A stretch of 64,000 nucleotides of DNA from Pirellulales bacterium (GTDB lineage: Bacteria > Planctomycetota > Planctomycetia > Pirellulales > JAEUIK01). Each line of letters begins with the position of its first letter. The first letter of the stretch is position 1. Made by a program: the position numbers and the translations under genes. Of this stretch, positions 25,300 to 33,456 are shown in pieces. Location: NCBI GenBank assembly GCA_965227275.1, contig CBDDFU010000001.1:5050237-5114236 (forward strand), written 5' to 3'. The notes beneath the pieces were generated by a model that was given only the letters and a program-made list of their open reading frames with translations, searched no databases and was not told where the DNA came from.

Positions 25300-27807
25300 A
25301 TGACATTGCGCAGTAATCCAGCGGCAGCGGAACGGATGTTGAAGATTCTCGGCAATGGGACTTGCGAGATCAGGGCCCTCGGCTCCGGTCAACCACTCAA
25401 CGGGTATTTCGGCGATCCGGCATCCGCTGCTCAAGCCGCCTGCGAAATCAATGAGGCACACGGCCTTCGCAACGTCTACGTTACCGTCAACGAAATTCGC
25501 GAGGGTTACCGTGAGTCTTATTCAGAGAAGCTAGAAGGAGGGACTGCTGTTAAGGCGAATGACATCATCCGGCTACGGCATCTCGTGTCGGACATCGATC
25601 CGTTGAAACCAAAGGGCGTTACCGACCCTGCGACCGAGAGTGAGCATGCTGCTTCGTACGCTGTGCGTAGGCAACTCAAGCAACACCTCACCAGCCGTGG
25701 CTGGCCCTTGCCGGTCGAAATGAGTTCAGGGAACGGCTGCTACCTAATCTACCGCATTGATCTCCCTAACAATACTGAACATGTTGAGCTGATTCGGCGT
25801 GTCTTGGCATCTCTGGGGAACTTATACGACAGCAAGGACGCGAAGGTCGATCGAAATGTCCATGATCCGGGCCGGGTCTTTCGATTGGCAGGGACGATCA
25901 ACAGAAAGGGTGATGAGAGCTCTGAGCGTCCCTACCGAGTTGCCAGCCTGATATCAGTACCTGAAGGAGATGACCTGAAGCCTGTGAGCGAGGAGCAGCT
26001 TCGAGAGATTGCTTCCAATGAGATCGAATCGCAGAAGAACAAGCCGATGTGGTATCAAGCTCTTGCCAAGGCTTCTCCCGCGGAACGCGACAAGAGAGTT
26101 GAGGCCCTAACGACTTTTCTGAAGAATCACGACCGTGTCCCTGTTTCTATCTCTGAGGAAGAGCGTTTTACGAAAATCGATCTTCCATACTGCACGCGGG
26201 GCGCGGAACACGCGGACGGGAATCCGGCGGTGTTTGTACGCCCAGACGGTACCATCGGCTACCACTGCTTTCACACGAAATGTAGCCACATCGGTTGGCA
26301 TGAATTCCAAGAAGCGCTGGGTTCCACATTTGAGGATCCGGTATTCGGAGGAATTGTTGCCTTGGCCTACGACAATCCTCGCATGCTCGCTCATCGCTTC
26401 CTGCAAGGATTCCGGGCACCGGATGATGCCTACAAGATCGCCCACTTCTTGTGCGACACGTATCGCTTCTATGACACGGTCGGTTGGCGGAAGCTCAAGC
26501 CCGGTGAACTCAACGCGGAGGTTCGGGGCTCCATTCAGGAGGCCTTCGATGAACACGCGCGGTCAACAGGCAAAGGGGCCCTGGCCAAGCCTGTGAAGTC
26601 GGCGCTTGTTGGTGACACGTTCGGAGCCATCCAAACGATCTGTTCCCAAGACGTGGCTCCCGACTTCCAAGTTCCGTTTTGGTTTGAGAAACAAACCTCC
26701 TGGGCTCCCGAGGACTTGCTGGTCTTGCAAAACGGCTTGCTCGATATCAGGAAGTACGTCCAAGGGGATAGAGAAGTGTTGAGACCGATCACCCCGAAGC
26801 TCTTCTTCCAGCATCGGGCGAAGTTCGATTTCGATCCGAATGCCCCGCAACCATCAGCGTGGCACTCGTTCCTCAACACCCTAAAGCAGGACGAAGACTG
26901 GATCGCATGTCTTCAAGAGATCATGGGTTATTGTCTCTGGTTGGGTTTTGATGTCCAAAAGTACTTCATGTTGATCGGTCCACCACGTTCAGGAAAAGAG
27001 ACGATAACCAGGGTTCTGACCGACCTCCTCGGCGGGGCCGTCTGTAGTCCGAATCTAGAGGATTTTGTGAAGGAGTTCGGTCTTGAGCAGGCACTCGGCA
27101 AGCGTCTGGCGATTGTTCCAGAAGCCGTCTCCCCAGGGCGGAACGAGGATAAAATCGTCTCGCAGCTTAAGGCAATCACCGGTGGGGATCAGATCACGGT
27201 CAATGTTAAACACCGAGCGAACTTGTCCCTTCAGCTTCGGCTGAAGATCCTGATGCAGACCAATGACTTCATCGCGCTTCCCGATACATCGGGAGCCTTG
27301 TTGACACGACTCATACCGCTTCGGTTGACCGAGTCCTTTAGGGGGGCTGAGGACATCAATCTGAGCAGTAAGCTTGCTGAGGAATACCCCGGCATCTTGA
27401 GTTGGTCCCTAGAGGGCCTGAAACGTTTGCACGAAAAAGAGGGTCGCTTCACACTACCGCAGTCCAGCAAGAATGAGCTGGAACAGCTTCAGGACGCTTC
27501 TTCACCGCTGCTGCGCTTCGTACAGGACTGCTGCTTGCTCGACTCGCGAGAAGGTGTTGAAACCACGGCACTGCATAAGATCTTCTTGTCGTGGCGTGAG
27601 CAGAATAATGACGAAGTTCCCGAAATGAATAAGTCCGCATTCAATACCTCTCTGCGAACGACTGTGCCCAAGATAAGCTCCTGTCGCGCAGGAAGCCGGA
27701 ATCCAGGGGACTTTTCCATCGTTCAAACAAAACATGACACGACAACACTGAGGCCTCAAGTCTGGAAAGGAATCCGCCCCAACCCCGAATGGTGCACTTC
27801 CGCTTGA
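25300..27807 (+). CDS. primase-polymerase (AEP-like) / zinc-ribbon / D5-P4-type SF3 helicase fusion
   Basis: ATG 25300 is preceded by GAGGAG. N-terminal motifs VSDIDP, SSGNGCYLIYRI and FRLAGTINRK are AEP prim-pol-like. A Cys/His cluster is present (CTRGAEH...YHCFHTKCSH). Walker A is GPPRSGKET. The C-terminal region resembles phage/plasmid primase P4-family helicases. Confidence 0.85.
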   Translation: MTLRSNPAAAERMLKILGNGTCEIRALGSGQPLNGYFGDPASAAQAACEINEAHGLRNVYVTVNEIREGYRESYSEKLEGGTAVKANDIIRLRHLVSDIDPLKPKGVTDPATESEHAASYAVRRQLKQHLTSRGWPLPVEMSSGNGCYLIYRIDLPNNTEHVELIRRVLASLGNLYDSKDAKVDRNVHDPGRVFRLAGTINRKGDESSERPYRVASLISVPEGDDLKPVSEEQLREIASNEIESQKNKPMWYQALAKASPAERDKRVEALTTFLKNHDRVPVSISEEERFTKIDLPYCTRGAEHADGNPAVFVRPDGTIGYHCFHTKCSHIGWHEFQEALGSTFEDPVFGGIVALAYDNPRMLAHRFLQGFRAPDDAYKIAHFLCDTYRFYDTVGWRKLKPGELNAEVRGSIQEAFDEHARSTGKGALAKPVKSALVGDTFGAIQTICSQDVAPDFQVPFWFEKQTSWAPEDLLVLQNGLLDIRKYVQGDREVLRPITPKLFFQHRAKFDFDPNAPQPSAWHSFLNTLKQDEDWIACLQEIMGYCLWLGFDVQKYFMLIGPPRSGKETITRVLTDLLGGAVCSPNLEDFVKEFGLEQALGKRLAIVPEAVSPGRNEDKIVSQLKAITGGDQITVNVKHRANLSLQLRLKILMQTNDFIALPDTSGALLTRLIPLRLTESFRGAEDINLSSKLAEEYPGILSWSLEGLKRLHEKEGRFTLPQSSKNELEQLQDASSPLLRFVQDCCLLDSREGVETTALHKIFLSWREQNNDEVPEMNKSAFNTSLRTTVPKISSCRAGSRNPGDFSIVQTKHDTTTLRPQVWKGIRPNPEWCTSA

Positions 27808-28258
27808 TCGGAAGGCCTCTACCTCTGATAAACAACTAATCCAACTCCCCCCGGAGATATTCCCATGGGATCTGTTTTCAGAAAGAAAGTCTCTCGCCCT
27901 ATTCCAAAGGACGCTCAATTTGTCGAGCGCAACGGCAAGCGAGTTGCACGTTGGAAGGGACGCAACGGACGGTCCAAAACTGCCCCAATCATACTTTCCA
28001 AGAGCGGCAAAGAATGAATTCTCGACACGGCGGCAACCTACACGGCTCGCTACCGCGATGGGCAAGGAATCGTGCGTCAGGTATCCACTAGATGTCGGGA
28101 CGCGGGTGCCGCGAAAGCTGTCTTAGCTCAACTGGAGCAACGCGCGGAAAGAGTTCGTTCTGGCATCTTGTCTGCTTCTGAAGATGCGGCAATCGACCAT
28201 CAAGCAACGCCGTTGTCTGAGCACTTCGAGAAGTACCACGAGCACCGCAGGGCGCTAG

Positions 28259-29845
28259 CCTGGATATTTCATTGGCTGAGCGGGACGCCCCTCTAGCGCG
28301 AAAGCCTTAGTTACGGTAGGAATTGGAGTTGCAACACTTCAACACCCTTACCGAACCAAGGCTTTCACGATGACACAGTGTAAACGGAAGAAGGCGACTC
28401 TGAAACGGCTCCGGCGGCGAGAAGTTGCAGCGGATTTCAACGGCGGACGATTGACCAGCGACGGGGGGTTGCTGGTGCTTCGCGAGGTCGAGCGGCGGCT
28501 CGGCTTGCTGGATGCGGTGAATGCGGCGATTCCCGATCCACGTGACCCTCGCTATACCGTGCACGAGCAACGCGAGTTGCTCGCGCAGCGGATCTTTGCC
28601 ATTGCTGCCGGGTACGAAGACGAAAACGACCACAACCAACTGCGACACGATCCGGCCCTGCAAGTGGTCGCGGAGCGAGAGCCGGAAGAAGACCAGCCTC
28701 TGGGAAGTCCTTCGACACTTTGTCGCTTAGAGAATCGCATTTCACGCCAGACCGTCGGCCGTCTTCATCAGGTACTGGTGGATCAGTTCCTGACAAGTTA
28801 CGACGAGCCTCCCGATGAAATCGTGCTCGATCTGGACGCCACCGATGATCCGCTGCATGGCCAGCAGGAAGGGCGTTTCTTCAACGGCTATTACCGCTGC
28901 TACTGTTATCTGCCGCTGTACGTCTTCTGTGGATCGCACCTGTTGGTAGCGCTACTGCGAAGCAGCAACATCGACGCCGCGAAGCACTGCCGGGCTGTCG
29001 TACGGTTGCTGGTGCGTTATGTCCGCAAACACTGGCCTCAAACGCGGATCATTCTTCGTGGCGACAGTGGATTCTGCCGCTGGAAGCTGATGCGTTGGTG
29101 CGACAAGAACAACGTGGATTACATCGTTGGGGTTGCCAGAAATCCCCGTCTCCAAGCGGCCTGCGAGCCTTTGATGAAAGACGCGGAAGCGGAGTTTGAA
29201 ACCACCGGCGAGAAGGTGCGACGGTTTGCCTGGTTGGATTACGCAGCACATAGCTGGGATCGTCGCCGACGCGTGATTGCGAAAGCCGAGCGTTTGCCCA
29301 AGGGGCGAAATCCTCGTTTCGTTGTCACCACGTTGAAAGGCGATCCGCAGCAACTCTACGAAGACGTGTATTGTCAACGCGGTGATATGGAGAATCGGAT
29401 CAAAGAGCAGCAACTAATGCTCTTCGCCGATCGGACCAGTTGCCAAGCTATGCTGGCCAATCAATTCCGGCTGCTGCTCTCCGGGTTGGCTTATACGTTG
29501 CTCGACGCCCTTCGCCGCATTGCCTTAGCCGGCACGGAAATGGCCACCGCACAGTCAGACACCCTTCGACTGAAACTCATCAAAGTGGCCGCGCGTGTCC
29601 GTGTCACCGCACGACGAGTCGTGTTTCATCTGGCAAGCTGTTGCCCATGGGAGCCACTTCTGCGTCAAGCGCTGACGACGCTCTACGACACCAGCTAACG
29701 CACCACGGCACCTCTGCTTACCGCATGGCCCAGCGGGGGAAAGGGGGCCTTCTGCGCTCCCTTCGACAAAATCTCGCTCCGCTGTTGAAATCGACCGCCC
29801 CGCCCAAAAAACACCCGGCAACAAACAACGGATGAAATATCCGGG
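28259..29845 (+). mobile_element. IS1380-family insertion sequence, copy B, inside the integrase gene
   Basis: Same ends as copy A. Flanked by a perfect 4-bp CTAG direct repeat (28255..28258 and 29846..29849). Conceptual removal of the IS plus one CTAG restores the integrase reading frame. Confidence 0.9.
28370..29698 (+). CDS. IS1380-family DDE transposase
   Basis: 442 aa, differing from the copy-A protein at three residues (D/N, R/L, V/A). Confidence 0.85.
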   Translation: MTQCKRKKATLKRLRRREVAADFNGGRLTSDGGLLVLREVERRLGLLDAVNAAIPDPRDPRYTVHEQRELLAQRIFAIAAGYEDENDHNQLRHDPALQVVAEREPEEDQPLGSPSTLCRLENRISRQTVGRLHQVLVDQFLTSYDEPPDEIVLDLDATDDPLHGQQEGRFFNGYYRCYCYLPLYVFCGSHLLVALLRSSNIDAAKHCRAVVRLLVRYVRKHWPQTRIILRGDSGFCRWKLMRWCDKNNVDYIVGVARNPRLQAACEPLMKDAEAEFETTGEKVRRFAWLDYAAHSWDRRRRVIAKAERLPKGRNPRFVVTTLKGDPQQLYEDVYCQRGDMENRIKEQQLMLFADRTSCQAMLANQFRLLLSGLAYTLLDALRRIALAGTEMATAQSDTLRLKLIKVAARVRVTARRVVFHLASCCPWEPLLRQALTTLYDTS

Positions 29846-31014
29846 CTAGGTCTCAATGCCATGCGGATCACCAATACCGAAGCTCGATTGAATCGACTTG
29901 CCGAGGAGTGCACTTTCTCCTCGTTGAAATGCCTTCGTGCGGACGCGTTAGAGTCATGGCTCGCTGAGCGTAAGAAGGAAGGGATGTCCCCAGGAACGCG
30001 TAACGAGTACCGGCAGGAACTGGTGGGCTTTGGGAATTGGTGCGTGAGTACATCGCGTTTGACCGAGAATCCCTTCTCCCGCGTAGCGAAGGCTGATGCA
30101 CGCTCAGATCAACGACGCAAGCGACGTGCCATGAGCGAGCCTGAGCTGCAACGACTGTTGTATGTGGCCGAGATGCGCCCCATTGCAGAGCGTGGCCGCC
30201 TCAAAGTGCGGAAGAAGGGACGCGGTTGGAAGTAGGCCCCGTTGGACGCCGAGAGCTTCGAGGGTGCAGTGGAGCGAGGCACAGCGGCACTGAAGGACAA
30301 TCCTGGACTGCTGGCCAACCTCAAACGCCGTGGTCGAGAGCGAGCACTGATCTATAAGACGCTGGTTCTCACCGGGCTTCGTCGAGGGGAGCTCGCCTCG
30401 ATCTCGCTGGGGCAGGTGCAATTGGACGGGCAGATTCCACATGTGATCCTTGATGCCAAGAGCGCGAAGAATCGGCAAGTAGCAGAGCTTCCACTGCGGG
30501 CGGATTTGGTGGAGGACCTGCAAAAGTGGATCGCCGAGAAACAAGTCACCAAGCCTGATGCACCGCTCTTCAACGTTTCGACCAGCTTGCTGCGGGTGCT
30601 GAATCGCGACCTGGAAGCTGCGAACATTCCTAAGCGCGATGAGCGCGGTAGGACGCTTGATATCCACGCCCTGCGACACAGCTTCGGGACGTTTCTGAAG
30701 CACATCGGGAGTGGCACCTCGTACTGCACAGGCAGCCATGCGGCACGCAAGCATTGATCTAACGATGAACGACTACACCGACCCAAAATTGCTTGATGTG
30801 CAAGGGGAGCTGCAGTCACTGCCAGCCCTGGCGATCACTCAACAGGATTCCTGCGTTGCACTCATTCCTGGCAATGTGGGTCGGGTTGGGGCAATTACCG
30901 ACAAACCCACACCTCAGCATCGAGACGAACGCGAATCGCCCACCAAAGTCGTAAGTGGTTGCGAAAACACGAAAAAAAGCCCGCTGCCATGGGCTGACAA
31001 CGAGCGTCAAATAG

Positions 31015-31087
31015 TGGAGCGGAAGGGAGTCGAACCCTCGACCTCTGCATTGCGAACGCAGCGCTCTCCCAACTGAGCTACCGCCCC
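31015..31087 (-). tRNA. tRNA-Ala (anticodon CGC)
   Basis: The reverse complement GGGGCGGTAGCTCAGTTGGGAGAGCGCTGCGTTCGCAATGCAGAGGTCGAGGGTTCGACTCCCTTCCGCTCCA folds as a cloverleaf by hand. It has a 7-bp acceptor stem with the G3:U70 alanine identity pair, a CTGCG/TGCAG anticodon stem around loop TTCGCAA, and a GGTTCGA T-loop. CCA is not encoded. Confidence 0.9.
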
Positions 31088-31253
31088 GATCTGGGCGCTT
31101 TGGCTGCTGAGGGCAGCGGAAAGCGGTGACCGATTCGCTGATTGTAAATCAGGGAGCGGAAACGGGGAAGTGGTTTTGCGATGCCGAAAAAAGAAAGGAG
31201 GCCGCCAAGATTGACGACCTCCATTCGAATTACTGTTCTATTGGCGAGATGGG

Positions 31254-31808
31254 CTATTCGGCCAGTTGCTTCTCGACCACTTCGATGACTTCCTTTGCGT
31301 CAGGCTTAGTGCGCGGCTCGAAGCGAGCAACCACTTTGCCGTTCTTGTCGACGATGAACTTCTCGAAGTTCCATCGGATCGGCTCTTCGTCATTGTTCGT
31401 CAGCACCTGATACAACTCGCACTGCCCTTTGCCCGTGACGACCACTTTCGAGAACATGTCAAACTCCACCCCGTAGTTCTCGGTGCAGAAGTTGGAGATC
31501 TCCAGGTCGGTGCCGGGTTCCTGCTTGCCGAACTCGTTGGCCGGGAAACCCAAGACTGCCAAACCTTGGTCTGAGTATTTCTCATGCATTGCCTGCAATT
31601 GTTTGTACTGCGGGGTTAGCCCACACTTGCTGGCAACATTCACGATCATCACAACCTTGCCGTGATAATCGGAGAGATCAACGTCTTCGCCTTTCAGGTT
31701 CTTCATCGTGAAGGTCAACACGTCTCGGGAGTCCTTTTCGGCGGCAGAGGCATTTACTGCGCCCACCAACACCGTGCCAACGGCTAATACGGCTGCAATC
31801 AGTTTCAT
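31254..31808 (-). CDS. glutathione peroxidase family protein, secreted
   Basis: 184 aa with a signal peptide. VNVASKCGLTPQY (peroxidatic Cys), LGFPANEFGKQEPG and WNFEKF are GPx signatures. Confidence 0.9.
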   Translation of the reverse strand: MKLIAAVLAVGTVLVGAVNASAAEKDSRDVLTFTMKNLKGEDVDLSDYHGKVVMIVNVASKCGLTPQYKQLQAMHEKYSDQGLAVLGFPANEFGKQEPGTDLEISNFCTENYGVEFDMFSKVVVTGKGQCELYQVLTNNDEEPIRWNFEKFIVDKNGKVVARFEPRTKPDAKEVIEVVEKQLAE

Positions 31809-31993
31809 CTCATGCTCCTCAATGTAGGGGTCAGATTGTTGGTGTGTTGGGGTCCGCGGGGCCTACGGATGCGATTATATCCCTAAGGGGAAAGCTCAAC
31901 TGTAATGAGATTAACACAGTGGATTCCGAGTCTCAATCAACTCGATCCTGTCGCTTGAATTGTATCCAGGCGTCAAGCGAGTGGGGTGACTTT

Positions 31994-33427
31994 CTAGGCC
32001 AAAATATCGTGCAAAACGTGGCCCTTCACGTCGGTAAGACGCATGTCACGACCGCTAAACCGGAACGTGAGCCGCTCGTGGTCCATTCCCAGCAGATGCA
32101 ACATGGTGGCGTGTAAGTCGTGCACTTCGACGCGGTTTTCGACCACGAAGTACCCGTATTCGTCGGTTTCGCCATAGACCGTGCCGCCCTGGACGCCACC
32201 ACCGGCCATCCACATGGTGAACCCGAAGGGGTTATGGTCCCGGCCGTCTGAGCCTTGTGCCATTGGTGTGCGACCGAATTCGCCTCCCCAGACCACGAGC
32301 GTCTCTTCCAAAAGACCTCGGGCTTTGAGGTCTTTAAGCAACGCTGCTACGGGGCGGTCGGTGGCATCGGCATTGTTCTGGTGGCCTTCGCGGAGTTTGC
32401 TGTGTTGGTCCCAGCGGTCGCCGCCCACCTTGGGTGGCAGCAATTCGACAAAGCGAACGCCACGTTCGATCAATCGCCGTGCCACCAGGCACTGGTGCCC
32501 GAAGATGCTTGTCTTCTTTTCGTCAAGTCCGTAAAGCTCTCGGATTGCGGCAGTTTCCCCGGACAGGTCCATCACATCCGGAACCGCGGCTTGCATGCGG
32601 AAAGCCAACTCGTAGTTGTTGATGGCCGCTTCGAGTTTGTCGGAGGTTCCGAATTGCTCGGCTGCCGATGAATCGAGTTTCTCAATTAGGCTCAGCTTGC
32701 TACGTTGCGATTGGGGCGTGTCCGTTGCATTGTCGATGTTGGCCACTGGCCGCTCGCCCGACTTGAATACTGAAGCCTGATAGGAGGCCGGCAGAAACCC
32801 GTTGGTGAAGCAACTAAGGCCACCTGGCGGGATCAACCCGCTATCGAGAACCACGAAACCTGGGAGGTCGCGGCATTCGCTGCCCAGGCCGTAGGTGGTC
32901 CAGGCCCCCATGCTGGGGCGCCCCTGTAGGCCATGCCCGGAATGCATGAAGTAGTTGGCGTTAGTATGTTCGGGGAAGTCTGCCGTCATCGAGCGAATGA
33001 TGGCCAGCTCATCCACACACTCGGCCACGTACGGAAATAAATCGCTGACGGGAATGCCGCTTTCGCCGCGGGGGCGAAACATCCAGGGCGACTTCAATAC
33101 GGTCCCCACATTGTCGAACTGGGTTGGAGGGACTTCCATCTTGATCGGCTGGCCATGTTCACGATCGAGCCGCGGCTTAGGGTCGAACGTGTCGACCTGC
33201 GATGGCCCGCCATCCATGAACAGAAAAATGACGTTCTTCGCGCGGGGCTTGAAGTGCGGCTGCCGAGGTGCCAGAGGATCAACGCTTCCATCAGCAGTCG
33301 CTGGTACTGCCCCCTGCCCTTCATCGGCCAAGAGAGATGTCAGCGCGACGGCACCGAACCCGTTGGCACATCGGCCCAACATGGCACGGCGACTCATCGG
33401 AGTTCGAATGTTATGGCAGTGGCTCAT
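31994..33427 (-). CDS. DUF1501 family protein (sulfatase-fold, Tat signal)
   Basis: 477 aa. SRRAMLG twin-arginine-like signal. It is typical of the planctomycete DUF1501 partner of PSD1 proteins. Confidence 0.8.
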   Translation of the reverse strand: MSHCHNIRTPMSRRAMLGRCANGFGAVALTSLLADEGQGAVPATADGSVDPLAPRQPHFKPRAKNVIFLFMDGGPSQVDTFDPKPRLDREHGQPIKMEVPPTQFDNVGTVLKSPWMFRPRGESGIPVSDLFPYVAECVDELAIIRSMTADFPEHTNANYFMHSGHGLQGRPSMGAWTTYGLGSECRDLPGFVVLDSGLIPPGGLSCFTNGFLPASYQASVFKSGERPVANIDNATDTPQSQRSKLSLIEKLDSSAAEQFGTSDKLEAAINNYELAFRMQAAVPDVMDLSGETAAIRELYGLDEKKTSIFGHQCLVARRLIERGVRFVELLPPKVGGDRWDQHSKLREGHQNNADATDRPVAALLKDLKARGLLEETLVVWGGEFGRTPMAQGSDGRDHNPFGFTMWMAGGGVQGGTVYGETDEYGYFVVENRVEVHDLHATMLHLLGMDHERLTFRFSGRDMRLTDVKGHVLHDILA

Positions 33428-33456
33428 GGCAGCGATGCTCGGAAATCAAGAAACGG

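Larger units (their letters stand above)
27865..31076 (+). pseudogene. tyrosine recombinase (phage integrase family), multiply disrupted
   Basis: The N-terminus MGSVFRKKVSRPIPKDAQFVERNGKRVARWKGRNG is typical of planctomycete integrases. Lesions: in-frame TGA 28015..28017, IS1380 insertion 28259..29845, in-frame TAG 30233..30235, and a frameshift near 30705. Catalytic-region motifs are HALRHSF and, in the shifted frame, RTAQAAMRHASIDLTMNDYTD. The last frame stays open into the tRNA, so the true 3' end is uncertain. Confidence 0.8.

Noticed and set aside
30104-30754. 216-aa minus-strand ORF, and 155-aa ORF 30352..30819
   Set aside because: Both are antisense to the integrase catalytic domain and have no motifs of their own.
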